A stretch of DNA of 58,913 nt, counting the filler, from Rhizaria sp. SCN 62-66 (Eukaryota): the NCBI GenBank assembly GCA_001724265.1. It is 5 parts of 5 records of this genome, joined end to end, with 100 filler letters (N's around TTAATTAATTAA, not from the genome) between each part and the next. Parts side by side here need not be neighbours in the genome. Positions count along the whole stretch, not along the records: positions 12,034 to 23,778 come from MEDY01000541.1; positions 23,879 to 35,595 come from MEDY01000542.1; positions 35,696 to 47,321 come from MEDY01000543.1; 2 more parts are not named here. One strand, written 5' to 3'. Made by a program: the position numbers and the translations under genes. The notes beneath the pieces were generated by a model, which saw only the letters and a program-made list of their open reading frames with translations, was not told the DNA's origin and did no database searches. This document shows, one piece after another, positions 22,804 through 38,143 of the stretch. The number at the start of each line of letters is the position of its first letter. The stretch's first letter is position 1.

Positions 22804-23778
22804 GTACCCTCTTACATGTACCCCTCTGTAGTAACACAACGGTGTCAACTTCAGTAACAAGGCGTTTGTGCCGCAGTTTTCGCTGATGTGCTTGCGTTGG
22901 AGTTGATGCTGGGTTGCTTTTTGTTTGTTGTTTGGACATTGCTTCTTTTATTGCCATCGCCACTGTCGCGCTGTTGTGCATTGTGTTACTTTAGTTGTGA
23001 GGGCCATCGGAGCGAGACGGGTGAGCCCGTAGTTATCTTGCACTGACATGCGGCGGGATGTGTACCTGTCAAAGACAGGTTATGTATGCAGAACATAGAG
23101 TGTACATAGAGTTATTAAGATTTTGATCAACAGTATCAGCTTTCGTGATGCAGGATTACAGATGTGTTGTAATAAGCTTACAAAGCTTACAAAGTAACAT
23201 TTCAGCGGAAGTAATTTGTGGTGGAGAACGGTTTTGACATCAGCTAAAGCCACAATGTTTGTGGTAGTCGAAAAGACAAGAAAAATCATATACAAAAATA
23301 GGAAGTACGCGCCTTCTTTAAGCAAGAACACAAAACCGAGCAATAGTTGAGCGTTTTTCGGTTGCAACATAATGCTCTCCGAGAACGAGTTTGGTTGGAC
23401 ATGAAGAACACAATGTACAGTGTACATTTCCAACCCAGATGAGCAGAACAGTCAACCTTGTTACTACACCACTTATGTCGCAACAAGCGTGATTGCTGAA
23501 ACCGCCTAAGAGCGTGTGACGTCTCCGAACGTGAAGCACTGCAAGGCGATCGAATCTCGGCTCCTGGTGTTACAATGAGTTATACCTCATGATTTTCAAG
23601 TCGTACACAGTTTTATTATATCTCAGGCTAGTTGTTATGTGCTTAGCATTAAAATGACTTGAATATTATTCGTATCATCATCTGTCACAACCGACATTCT
23701 GCATAAAACACCAAGTCTCACAGGCTCACACTGGGACAAACACCACCCACGGTCGTTTCGGGCGGGTATATAAAGGTG

Positions 23779-23878
23779 NNNNNNNNNNNNNNNNNNNNNN
23801 NNNNNNNNNNNNNNNNNNNNNNTTAATTAATTAANNNNNNNNNNNNNNNNNNNNNNNNNNNNNNNNNNNNNNNNNNNN
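23779..23878. other. Artificial contig-joining spacer
   Basis: N44-TTAATTAATTAA-N44. Confidence 0.98.
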
Positions 23879-24822
23879 CCCCGAGTGCCGGTGCGGGCGC
23901 GGGCACGGGCGGCCGCGGCGGCGACCGCGGTGGCGCGCGCGGCGGCCGCGGCGGCGGCGGCGGCCGCCTCAGCGGCGGGATCGGGTGGTGAGATGAGCCA
24001 AGGAATCCCCTCTTTGTCCTTGGCGTTGGTATCGAGCAAGTGCGAGCCCGCCGTCGTGGCGAGGCGCGTGCGCACAGCGGCTGCGGTGGAGGCCAAGGCG
24101 GCGGCCGCGGCGGCCGCGGGCGCGGCGGCGCGGCGGCGGCGGGCGAGAATGCTGTGGACGTTGCTGTTGATGCCGCTGCCGGCGCCCGTGCTGGCGGAGG
24201 CTGTGGCGGCGGCGGCGGCGTCCCGCGCGGCCGCCGAGTGGGAGAAGTGCGTTAGCATCGCAGTCAACTCGCTGTTGTTCACGCCAGCAGAAGCGAATGA
24301 CTGGTTATTGGCTCCATCGTTAGTGTAACCGTTATTAATGTTGTTGTTATGTGTTACGGAAACGAGCGATGACGCGCCCCCTGCGGCTGCTAGCGCCGCC
24401 TGGTGCGGCGCGGCAGGTTCGTACACGGTGAGCAGCCCGCCGCGGACGACGACAAAGGCGTGGGTCGGCGCAGCGCCCTGCCGCTGCAGTACGATCCCAG
24501 TCGGCAACGATGCGACCTCAGCGTAACGCGAGAGCAGGCGCAGGCGCTGCCACGACCACGTCGATAGCACGGGGGCGTGGGCCAGAACGGCCGTCAGCAA
24601 GTCCAGGCGCGGGTCCCACGGCGGCAGCGGCGGGGTGGCGGCGGGAGCCGCGGCAGACGCGGCGGCAGTGTTCGTGCCCGTGGCCGTTGCGGTCTGAAGC
24701 GATGATGATGATGGCGTCAAGGGGGCGGCGGCTGATGCATGTGGTGAGTGTGCCGGGCCAAAAACGGGTGCCACGGGCGGGCGGGGACCTGGCCCACCGG
24801 TCGGGGTGGGCTGGGAAGACAT
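23879..24822 (-). CDS. Cyclic-nucleotide-binding (cNMP/CAP_ED-like) domain protein, 3' truncated by the gap
   Basis: LAHAPVLSTWSWQRLRLL..LPTGIVLQRQGAAPTHAFVVVRG fits the first half of a cNMP fold. The first in-frame ATG is at 24822 (MSSQPTP). Confidence 0.6.
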
Positions 24823-25346
24823 TGAGTGGAGTCTGAGACGTGGCAAGGGACCAGGTACGAGCAACGGCTGTTACTGGCTCTGTGAACGGGTCTCTAAACA
24901 GGGAGAGTTGAAAATATTGAAAAGAGTTAGGGAAACACGAGTTAAAATATATTATAAATTGATATCGTTTGATATGGATTTCGCTGTCTATGGCCCATTT
25001 AACGATAAGACTGTGGATATCTATATGGTGACGATAACCAGCCACAGAGCCGTTCGGTGACCTGCCGCTCGCCCGGTCGCAGAAGCCGACTGGCAGGTGC
25101 CGAAAAGAAGTATCCTGACTGACAAAATCGCTGTTATGATGTATAATATTAACACCGTGTATTAAGAGGTGGAGTTGTATATCACACTCTTTTGTGCAGA
25201 TCGCCTGACGACGGTATAGCCTCGCTCCAGACGCCTTTACATGGGTCGTCGCTTGCCCCTTCAAACACCTCCCTTCGCTTCCGTCCCAGCTCACCCAGCT
25301 CTCCCCTCTACATGTCTCCGATTACTACCTTTACAGACGGGTAACC

Positions 25347-27999
25347 ATGCGGTTTTCCCACCAGCTCCTGTGTTTGGTGCTCGTGGCATCGCTCGCAGTC
25401 CTGTCCCTGGCCGCTCTCCCCCCGCGGTACCGAGTGACAAAGCCCACCCCCGCTCCTTCCCAGTCTGACGCGGCGGCCTCCGCTGCTCCTGCCACGGGAC
25501 CCCGGCAGCAGCCGCAGCCTGTGCGGCACATTAAGCCCCGCATTCAGCACATCGAACCCCTCTCCGCGTTCTCTCTCCGTCACACCGGACCCCGCAGCAA
25601 CAGTCCCTCTAGTCTCGACAGCAATGGTTTCGCAACTGCAAGTGCCGACGATAGCAACGAAGGCGACGCCGCCGCGCCCTACGGCGACTCCATCGAGGTC
25701 TCCTTTGTGGCGTACGGCGAACTGTTTGCCTACAACATGTCCCTGCACTCGACCGCCTTCACCGAGCGCTCCCGCGTGACGCTGCTGTCTGCCGACGGCA
25801 CCGAGACGCCCACGCCCGCCGCCCCCAAAGCGCGCACGTACAAAACCACCTTCACGGACCCCGCGACGGGCGGCGCGGGCTTCGCGCTGGCCACCGTGCT
25901 GCCGGGCGGCCGCACCGCCGACGTGACGGTGCTGCGCGGCGGCGAGGTCTACCACGCGCAACCGCTGTCCACGCTCACGGGGCTGTCTTCCCACGCGGAC
26001 ATCGCGCCCGAAACTCTGGCTGCGGTCCGGACGCAGTCGCTGGACAACGGCGGGGAAGGGCTGGCCGTGTACCGCGTGTCGGATATCGCCGCTACGGACG
26101 CGACAGGGGCGCAGTACGAGGTCTGTGGCGCCGCCAATCCCAATCCCACTCCCACCGAGACTGACTCTGAGACGACTGAGACCAATGCTGCTCACGGTCA
26201 CTCTGCGACGAAGAAGGCTGTGGCTCAGCGCGCCGGCGCTCACAGTCACTCGGCTGCAGCCACCACTGAGAGTGCCAGCACCGACTCTGAGACTGAGACT
26301 GAGCCTGAGCCTGAACCTGTGACTGCGCCTGGTGTTCCCTTCGCCACTCTCAGCTCGAATCCCAACAGTAACGGCAACGGGGCGCGCAGTCTGCTGTCGC
26401 TCTCCCGCTGGACCGGCTGCTTTCCCGGCGGCCCCCGCAGGCTTCACACTGGCTTTGCGCTCGATTACGGCTCTTTTGTGTCTCTTGGCATGGACGCCAC
26501 CCGCGCCGAGGCCCACGTCGCAGCCATCGTCGCCCAGGTATGTACAGCGCATATGTATCATGCATTTATCGATATCTAAACATGAACGAATAATATATGG
26601 ATGAATCAAATTGTTATATACTTAAATTCAATAATATTGTTTCTAATTATTTTTGATTTTGTGTGGTATTCGTCTACTTTTGCGCTCTCAGGTCAACGCC
26701 GTCTACGAGGCCCAGCTGGGCATCACAGTCACAGTGGACGAAGTTCTCCTCATGACCTCCCCGGGCAACGGTGGCAACGCGGCGTCCTACCTTGACTGGA
26801 ACCACTACGGGCGCAACGAGGGCCGCATGGGCTGCCCCGCCATAACGCCCCGCTCCCCGCAGACGCTGCTGGACCAGTTCACACGCTGGCGCGCGACGCA
26901 GCGCGCCGGCAAGCAGGGCGTCTGGCACCTGCTGTCGTCGTGCTTTGCCCCGCCGGGCACTGTGGGGCTGGCGTTCATGGGCGCGACCTGTCTCTCGGGC
27001 CAGTCCACCGGCTGGAGCCATCTGTCCAACACGGCCTGGCTCACGGTCGCACACGAGATCGGCCACTCGCTGGGCGCCAGTCACCCCGCGAACCGCGGCA
27101 CGGGTTCGGGACTCATGGGGTACGCCGACGGCAAGCTCGCGAGCGGCGAGTACGGCTTCAACGAGCAGTACACGCGACGCGACATCTGCGCGCACATCAC
27201 TGCGTCGCTGGGCTCCGGCAACGTCATCTTCGCCGGCAACACGCGCATCGAGCCGACGAGCACGTGCTGGTCCTCGTACGCGCCCCGCTGCGGTGACGGC
27301 GTCGTCGAGGGCGACGAGGAGTGCGACTCCGGCTCCGCCACGGGCAACCGCTGCTGCACAGCGCAGTGCAAGCTCGCCCCCGGCGCCACGTGCGCCAACG
27401 ACGGAACCGACTGTTGCCACGACTGCCAGGCCCAGCCCGCGACCGTGGCGTGTAACAACAACGGCAGCAGCGACAGCACGGGGAGCAGCATGGCTGGCTA
27501 CTGCGCCGCGCGCGGCGAGTGCCGCGTCTCAGAGTGCGCCGGCTTCAGCAACACACGCTTCTGCAACGGCTTCGCGGCCGATAACAGCTGCGAGGAGTTT
27601 TGCGCGTTTGATGACGACCCGGATAACCCGAATCTGTGCCAGCGCGTGACCAGCGCAGACATGTCCATTGCGGGCGGATCCTACTGCGCCCTCAGCTCTA
27701 CGAATGCCAACACTGCCAACACTGCGAACGGTGGCGCTGCATCGACTGTGGGCAAGTGCATCCGCCCTTCTGTCGAGGCGCCCGCGGTGTGCGTGCCCGT
27801 GGTGCGGTCGTGGCGCGCGGGCGCCTGGGGCGCGTGCTCCTGTGCCGGCATCCAGACGCGGCCCGTGGCTTGCGTCGAGCAAGATGGCGTCGCAGTCTCG
27901 GCGACGCTCTGTGACGCCGCGACGACGGTGGGGTCGACCGCCGGCGCGAAGCCGGAGGAGGAGAAGGCGTGCACTGCGCCCGCGGCGCCCGCGTGCTAA
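25347..27999 (+). CDS. Secreted ADAM/ADAMTS-like reprolysin (M12B) metalloprotease with disintegrin and TSP1-like domains
   Basis: Exons 25347-26537 and 26692-27999. Signal peptide, prodomain with YEVCGA, HEIGHSLGASH zinc motif, GLMG Met-turn, CGDGVVEGDEECDSG..CC disintegrin and WRAGAWGACSC..QTRPVAC. Ends TAA. Confidence 0.88.
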
Positions 28000-28963
28000 G
28001 CGCTGGTGATAAGTGCTCACTGCACCCACCCTGCTCGGCTCCGACACAAACGGGTAACTTAACTCCCTCATCGAACTAGTTCTGACAGTTGAGTTCCAGA
28101 TGACGGAGGCGTGTTTCATCCATGTAATATTCTTGATTTTGATAGCTGTATGCTAAGATTATCTTTTTTTGCTTATCGTTGTCATGTGTACTTTGTATTC
28201 CGATACTTTCTATGATCCAGTGTGTAAAAGTCTGTTTTGTTGTTCTGCTGCGCGATGTTGTGATTGGTGTAAATGTCGCAACAGCATGTATATATCTAGT
28301 TATTCCAGTGGTATACCACCAATTATATGTTTGTTTGTTTGTTTAATGTGTACTTAACAAGCAATAAAACATCTGTATTTTCTCGATGTCAAAGACAATG
28401 TGTGTGTGAGGTTGGTCATGATCACTTAAGTATTCATCAACACTTGCTTAGTTTACAAAAATGATCGATAAAATCAAAATATGATTTTGTTCAGACATAG
28501 TTCTACATATAAATTCGACTTTTATATTTCATGCGCAATCATTTGATGACTTCCATTAACTCCATCATTTTTCCTGAACATCATTTTTTCTTGCCTGATT
28601 GGAACGAAATCACAAAAATGATGGTTTCAGAAAGCAATAGTTCAACAGAATAGAAAAAAACATTCACTCAATAAAGAAATCTATTCTCAGTTTCACACTT
28701 TTAAAGTCTTCACAAATCGAGAGCCAATGTCAAATGTACTATATACTATAAGTGTTCTGTGTATCACACGCAGCACACAATGCCTTCTTGGCCAGATCAA
28801 AACCGAACTATCTGACGCTAAAATATGGATTCTGAAAAAAATAAAGTCAACTGTAAACTCTAACATGTCACACCATCTATATGCAATGTACATGCCATCT
28901 TAAATACGTTTCCGTGTTCCGACCGCTGCGAAATTTGAGTGCCACTGGCAGCCTTTTGTTTCT

Positions 28964-30432
28964 TCACTTGGTAACCGCAAACAGACTATGCAGCACCTTC
29001 TCCTGCTCCGCATCTACTTTCCCCTTGACGCTCGCCGCCTCAGCCGCAACAGCCTGGTAGTCCATCAGGATCTTCGCCCAGTCCCAGTAGCTGAACTCGG
29101 GCCAGAGCGTGTCCGTGAAGGCCAAGTGTGTGCCTCCGCTTTGCCATAGCAGGAAGTCGCTCAACCGCGTCTCGCCGGAGGTGCGGATCAACAGGTCCGG
29201 CTCGGGCAGCCCCGCAGTGTAGAGCGAGGACTCGAGGTAGCGCATCGCGGCGACGACTGAGGCGGGGGACTCAGTACGGGACGAGGACTCAGTATGTGGG
29301 GACTTTGACTGTGACTGTGATTCTGACTGCGACTGCGGCTGCATCTGCATCTGTGGCTGTGTGAGTGACTGCGACTGCAATGACCGTGATCGCAACTGCG
29401 AGTCAGAGTCAGGACAGGATTTAGACTCGGACTCATAGTCAGCTTTAGCACAAGAGCTAGAGCTCGAGTCACAGCCAGAGTCGCTGTTCGAGTCTGCGCC
29501 CGTGCTGCTGCTGACGTTGGTGTCGTTCTTGCTTGTGTACAGGGTGGGGGATGAGAAAAGTGTGCGCGTCAACGAGTGCGCAATTTCCATGTGACTGCCG
29601 TAGGAAAAACAGATGTTCAGCAGCAGGCGAGTGTTACCGGCGGTGCTTTCCATGGCTTCAACAGCTGCGGTCTGTACATCCACCGGCAAACGGCCCAGGT
29701 CCCCGATGACAGCGACGCGCGCGCCGACAGCATGAAGCGTGCTAATGTTAGAAACCATGTCGGAAAACTTGGCCGTGGCGAGCGCCATTAGACCGCGGAC
29801 TTCGGATGGGGAGCGGTGGAAGTTGTCGACGCTGAAGGCGTACACAGTGATGATCTAAATAACGCGAGAATAGACAATGTTAGTTGTACATTTAAGATTA
29901 AAGATATGAAATTCGAGTGTAAAACAACGTCATAGGCATTTAACCACGTGGGCTTATCATTAGTGGGCGTAATTGCAAAGATAAATCGATGATTTAGTGA
30001 TGGATGCTGAAGGGGGGCCTTACCTTGACGCCGACGTCTGCGCAATAGTCCATGACGTTTAGCAGTGAGTCATAGCCTTGTTCGTGACCAGACATCACCA
30101 CACGGTTAGCGCGCCGGGCAAACCGGCGGTTACCATCCATCACAAACGCGACTGAGGTAATATGAAGCAGGACAGCACGGGAATAGAGATGTGAGCGAAA
30201 GTATACAAAAAGCAACACAGAGAGCCAACATAGCGAGATATATAAGCAAGGCTTATATGCCTTATTTAAAACAAAGAACCCTACCGCGACCGTGCATATT
30301 CACCCAGGTATATGCCGATGGTCGCGATATATAGCAGTAATTGTGGATGTGCGTACCGTGGTGAGGAATGGGACCGCATCGCAATGCGTGGCCAAGAAGC
30401 TTGTGGTACCACCGAATCCGCGTGCCAGACAT
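28964..30432 (-). CDS. DHDDS: cis-prenyltransferase (dehydrodolichyl diphosphate synthase-like)
   Basis: Exons 30432-30357, 30151-30024, 29854-28964. Motifs GPIPHHVAFVMDGNRRFA, TVYAFSVDNFHR, PDLLIRTSGETRLSDFLLWQ and LWPEF. Ends TGA. Confidence 0.92.
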
Positions 30433-30915
30433 CGCAGCGGCGGGGTGACGTGGCGCAAAACGCGGCGCACGGAGACTGGGGGCGAGACAGGCTCGTGGGG
30501 TGGAGTGTCGGAGGGGCCAGGAGCTGGTGGCGGGGGAGTCTGCGTCAGCAGTACGACTGGAGCGGAGGGCACAAAACTATCACCAAAGACGTTAGCCACG
30601 AATAAAATATTATCCGGGTGAAAATAAACCAACGTATATATATCGATTTCAGTCGAATAATTCGCACTGACGATCAGTTGGTTGCACATGCGATGGGTTT
30701 GTTTGGGCGACAGGCCGGGGACTAAGGACGAGGCATCAATCGATGCCCAACTAGTGTACAATTGATCTCGATAGTTCGAGCGTGAGCCGTTATGTTTCTA
30801 CACTTCCAGGTCACAAGTGATTAAATTATACATTTTATCAAAATCACAATACCACATCCTATATTCTTATCGCACTATTCCCCGTTTTGTTGTTTCCCCT
30901 CAGCTTGCTTCCGAT

Positions 30916-32126
30916 ATGCTCGGCCGTACTGTTTGCCGCGTGAACCGCGTTGCCACCGCTGGCGCCCGCGCTGCCCGCGTCTTCTCCACCGAGGCCCCTG
31001 CCCCCATGATCCTTGGTGAGGTCAAGGGCAACGTCGGCGTCATCACCCTGAACCGCCCCAAGGCCCTCAACGCCCTCTGCGACCAGCTCGTCAAGCAGCT
31101 TAACACCCAGCTCAAGGTACGTCCGCGAGATATCTCCATAATTTGCGATATGCGCGAGATTCTGTCAAGTTTTCTCGCTGTTAAGTAGACATAACATGTC
31201 ATATCTACGTCCTATTTCATAGTGTATCCATATTGACTGTCAGCCACGTCGTCTCACTAACTCAATCGCTTTTTGTCGTTCTTTTGCTCCCGATGCTTTC
31301 TAACCTCATCTAGGCCTACGCCGCTGACCCCAAGGTTGGCGCCATCGTCATCACCGGCTCCGAGAAGTCCTTCGCTGCCGGCGCCGACATCAAGGAGATG
31401 TCCTCGCAGACGTACATGTCGGCCTACAACCAGGACATGCTCGCCTTCTGGCACGACATCACCCAGGTCAAGAAGCCCATCATCGCCGCCGTCAACGGCT
31501 TCGCGCTCGGCGGCGGCTGCGAGCTCGCCATGATGTGCGACATCATCATCGCGGGCGACAAGGCCAAGTTCGGCCAGCCCGAGGTCACGATCGGCACCAT
31601 TCCCGGCTGCGGCGGCACCCAGCGCCTCACCCGCGCCGTCGGCAAGTCTAAGGCCATGGAGTGGATGCTCACCGGCAAGATGTTCTCTGCCGAGGAGGTA
31701 CGCACTTATAACATATTGTTCACTATCTTGACATAACCTTATTTGTTTGGTATCATTTACAAACTTTTTGTTTCAGTAGGTCTCAACTGTGTTTCAACCC
31801 ATTGCATTTCGTCTCATTCTCATATCAAATGTTCTGTGTTTTCTTGTCACACTCTTTAGGCCGAGAAGGCTGGCCTCGTGTCCCGCGTCGTCCCCGCGGA
31901 CCAGCTCCTCGAGGACGCCCTCGCGACGGCCACCAAGATCGCCTCCTTCTCCCAGCCCATCGTCTCGCTGACCAAGGAGGCTGTCAACGCCGCGTACGAG
32001 ACGTCGCTGCAGCAGGGCGTGCTGTTCGAGCGCCGCCTCTTCCACTCCACGTTCGGCACCAAGGACCAGAAGGAGGGCATGGCCGCGTTCGTCGAGAAGC
32101 GCAAGCCCAACTTCACCAACGAGTAA
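30916..32126 (+). CDS. ECHS1: Mitochondrial short-chain enoyl-CoA hydratase
   Basis: Exons 30916-31116, 31314-31697, 31860-32126. R/A-rich presequence, then [38 protein letters not shown] and [10 protein letters not shown]. Ends TAA. Confidence 0.94.
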
Positions 32127-32738
32127 GCGCTGTACTGCGACACAGGTTACGCATTGTGATCAAGTGATGATGGTTCGAGACTAAACTGTTTCTGACCGCG
32201 TACGGTGGTGTCTCACTGGAATCTAGATGTGAGGTGAAAGAACTTTACTTGATGTGGCGATGTTTGTCACGAAAAGTGCATATGTAAGCAAGCTATGTAA
32301 TAAATTATATGTTTAACTGAACGAAGATTGTAAGACCACACAAGGCAAGCTTAACATAATATCATATCACGATGTGAATTAATGTTGCTGTTTGTATTAA
32401 TTTTGATTTGTTTTTGTTTTCGTTGTTTTTAGTTGTTCTTGCAAATAGATTTTGTGACCAGGGATCAACAGTTGCTCATGCCCGGAGGCATGGACAAGTA
32501 ATTGTTTGATGGTGGTTGTTTTGTTATAGTTTTGTACTACTGTAGAAATATCATGCACTCTTGTTGACTTAATAACAATATATACTACTAGTTGCCAACA
32601 ATTCATGCACTTTTGTGAAAAATAAGGGCCGAACGAGCGAAGTTAGCTTCCCACTTAGCGAGCGAGACACGGCGTGATAGGGAGCTGCTCTTCGGACGCA
32701 GAGAGTCTTTCAGCGCAAGCGCCGCCATGCGGCTTAAC

Positions 32739-34632
<1,894 letters not shown>

Positions 34633-35149
34633 TCAATGCAATGCAAAAAGGATATATGAGAGCATGAGTTGCGAAAGTAGCTACACAAGACACGGAAAAA
34701 GCTTCCAAGTGTGGTTAGAATAGTCAAATGTGATGGTGGAGCGAAGAGGGGAGTGTGGGCGGTTACCAACAGGGCCGCTGGTTCGCGAGAGCGCCTATTC
34801 GTGTGAGGTTCGTCGCGCGTGAATATCTGGGTCTATATCAACTTTGGAGAAACATAATTAGCAAAAGTAGTCCTTCCCAGCAAAGATCGATTTGGGGGTG
34901 AAACACCATTTGTACAGACGGATCGTACGCGCTCCGGTGCTCAGCAAGAGAAACAGCCCATTTCAAATCCCAAACCGAGAGACGAGCGAGACGGCCGACT
35001 CGAACAGACCGACGACTGAGACAGGGGAAAGTAAGCCGCGCGACGGTTCGCAGAAAATCGAACCGGCCGCGCTGCTTGCGGGGCCGAAAACTGAGGACGA
35101 ACTTTGACGTTAATTTCCGTGTCCATTTTGGAATTGTAAGAAACCAAAC

Positions 35150-35595
35150 ATGTCTGAGATTCTCGACCAGGTACGCACCTATCCAATTCTGTTTTTCATT
35201 CCCTATTAAACTTTGTGAGCTGTGCCCTGCAAACCCTGCTCTTGAGGGCATGTTTCCTCACCGGCAATCGCCGCTCATGCTTCGTCATCTTCCGTCTCTG
35301 TTCGCTCTCCACGCTCTCATTCATTGCATGCCACTCTTTCTCATTGCTTTTTTCTTACTCAACAACTGCCTCTTGCTTTTATTCGCCGATACAGCACGAG
35401 CGCTCGTACCAGAAGCAGGTCGGCGTGAACATCAACAAGAACGTCAACCTCAAGATCAAGGGTGACAAGAAGAAGGCCCGCTTCTACAAGGACATTGGCC
35501 TCGGCTTCAAGACCCCCAAGGAGGCCATCGAGGGTACCTACATCGACAAGAAGTGCCCCTTCACCTCGACTGTGTCCATCCGTGGCCGCATCCTC
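35150..35595 (+). CDS. RPS11: 40S ribosomal protein S11 (uS17), 3' truncated by the gap
   Basis: Exons 35150-35170 and 35395-35595. Motifs QHERSYQKQ and [36 protein letters not shown]. Confidence 0.95.
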
Positions 35596-35695
35596 NNNNN
35601 NNNNNNNNNNNNNNNNNNNNNNNNNNNNNNNNNNNNNNNTTAATTAATTAANNNNNNNNNNNNNNNNNNNNNNNNNNNNNNNNNNNNNNNNNNNN
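35596..35695. other. Artificial contig-joining spacer
   Basis: N44-TTAATTAATTAA-N44. Confidence 0.98.
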
Positions 35696-37366
35696 GCGGC
35701 GCCCGCGCCGCCCGCGCCGCCCGCGCCGGGGCCGTAGTGGCCGTGTGCGCCCATGGCGGAGCGCGCGGCGGAGGCCGACGCGGCGGCGGCGCGGCGCTCC
35801 ATAAGGTACTGCGAGCGGGCGCCAGCGGCCGTGGCGGCGGCGGCCAGCGCGGCGGCCGCGGCGCCCGTGCCCGTGGCCGAGGGGTGCACCACCGAGCTGC
35901 CGGGCAGCCCGTAGTCGGAGCGCGGCAGCGGTGAGACCAGCAGCCGCGCCAGCTCCAGCTCCGCCGCGTTCTCCGCGGAGTCGCCGCCCGCGGCGGCAGT
36001 CGCAGTCGTCGTGCCTGCAGCGCCGGCACCCGTTGCGCCCACCGCTGCGGGAGTTGCGCCGGCAGCAGCGCCGGCAGCAGAGGCGCTGGCGCCGGCCGCG
36101 GCGCTGTTGGCATTGGCGGTCTCGAGCATCGAGAGGTAGCGCTTGGCAAGCGGGAGCGCCGCCAGCGAGGCGTCGAACTGCTCCGCGTCGAGGTACAGCG
36201 CGTGCAGTTTGAGCTGCTCGCGGTGGCGGCACAGGTCAAGCAGGCCGAGGACCTGGACGAAGCGGCGGCGCAGCAGCAGCATCTTCTGGAAGGCCAGCGC
36301 GTCGTTCTTGCGCGGGTGCCGGTGCGACGCGCGGCGGCCCTGCGCGCGCGGACGGAACGCCACCTGCGGCGACGGGTTGTCCGCCGCGGGGGGCGCCTGG
36401 TACTGCCGCAGCAGCGCCTTGCCCAGCGCGAGGCGCTTCTGGCGCCAGTAGGCGTAGACGTCGTCGAGCGCGGCGGGCGAGAGCCCCGTGGCGGCGGCCG
36501 TCAGCGGCTGCATGGCCTGCGCGGGGCACTTGTGTGAGGGGTCCACGATGAAGTCGGGGTGGCTGCGCTTGAACATGTTGATTTCCAGGATCTCGATAAT
36601 CTTCTCCATCTGGTCCTCGCTGATCGAGACGCCCTCCTCGGCGTGGGCGGCGTTGTACTGCTCGAGCCACTTGACGTCCTCGACCAGCAGGTCGTACATC
36701 AGCCCCGCGTGCGTGTTGTTCGAGCCCATATTCAGCTGGCACTTGATGTAGTGCCGCGGCGGTACAAATGGAGTGAAAGGCTTCTTGTCATAGTCCGCCA
36801 CGAGACGGATAGGAGGTGTAGGGATGAAGGTACCCTTTTGTTTGCCTTGCTGGCCGCCCGCGCCTCCGCCCGCCGCCGCCGCTGACGCGGGGACGTGAAC
36901 GGAGCCCTATATGTACGAATATTTGAAAATTAAGGTGTCGATAGGATAAATAAGAAGCTTAGGTATTATTGCATTTTGGTTTCATTACTAAACAGTGACT
37001 AGGTCATGCAGGAGGAGGACAGATTTGACGACGTTTTCAGCTGCTCTCTTGCACTGGACGAAGTGTCCACTGTGGACCGAGAAATCCAGCTCAGAGAGGC
37101 ATGAGATGCGCTTTAGAGGGGAATTGTGGGGGCTATGACGTACGGGAGCTTCCGGCTTGACAAATTCGGTTTCATCTAGCGTGATGTCATCAGTTGCCTT
37201 TATCGGAAGACGCTTGTTGAAATCAAGAGGGCTACAAAATGGCAAAGAAAGCAACAACCGGACGTTAGTGGTGGGGTGCACGAGACTTGAATTTTAGAGG
37301 CAACAAAAGGGCGCGTGAAAAAAAGACGTACCGTGACCTCATCTTGATCGTCTGTCGCGACGTCAT
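35696..37366 (-). CDS. EPL1: Enhancer of polycomb-like protein (NuA4 subunit EPC/EPL1), 3' truncated
   Basis: Exons 37366-37332, 37231-37144, 36906-35696. Motifs RSRPLDFNKRLPI, IPTP, YDLLVEDVKWL, VYAYWRQKR, PQVAFRPR and RKND. Confidence 0.85.
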
Positions 37367-38143
37367 CTCCGAGAAATGAGCAAACTGAAGCCAGCTTCCA
37401 GCACAAATCCGGTCGAAAGATCGGCTCCTCGTCTCTCACCGCGATGACCCCGGTTCGACCGGCGCGGCTTCTTTTTTCTCCCTTTTTGGCCAGGATTTTT
37501 ACGAACATTGACGTCGCCACAAGCCAGCCAGACTGAAGAAGAGAGCGTTTCGAAAACCACAGATATCTCTCTGGAAACAACGTTGAACATGATTTTTGAT
37601 GCGCTTTTGGGTATTCTCAGTATGTGTTATTTCATTCACGTTTTTTACATCGCCGGCAGATGATGTAATAGACTCCGGACGCCACGGCTCGACAACCTCC
37701 CAAGCTTCCGTGAGGAGACGTCTCTCTTCATGTAATCTGTCATGTGCTTCAGAAAGACTCGTGCTAGCGTTTACCAGGACTTAATTCATCGCTCTCTGGT
37801 GCGACTTTATGCTCTGTAAACCTTGTTTAATTTCCACATACCATTGTCTCGCACTTGCTCACTTCCCTCTTCTCCTTGGCTCTTCGCACCACACTCTTGC
37901 CCCTCCTTGCTTCACTTTCCCAGCCCGCGCTCCAGGCAGTTTCTCTGCAGCTCTAACAACTCATCCCAACAGTAGCGCGCAGCCTTTTTTTGCGCCAACC
38001 CCTTGCCGGCCCCACCCGCCCGCGTCCCAGCAGTCGTAGTCGCAGCCGCCCAGCCGCAGCCACAGCTCTGCCACTGTATTATCTCCACACACAGACATAC
38101 ACACACAACAGCTGTTCGCGTTCTCTGTCCGAGCCATTGCAGG

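Noticed and set aside
23766-23776. TATA-like GTATATAAAG
   Set aside because: It is immediately followed by the gap, so there is no downstream gene to test.
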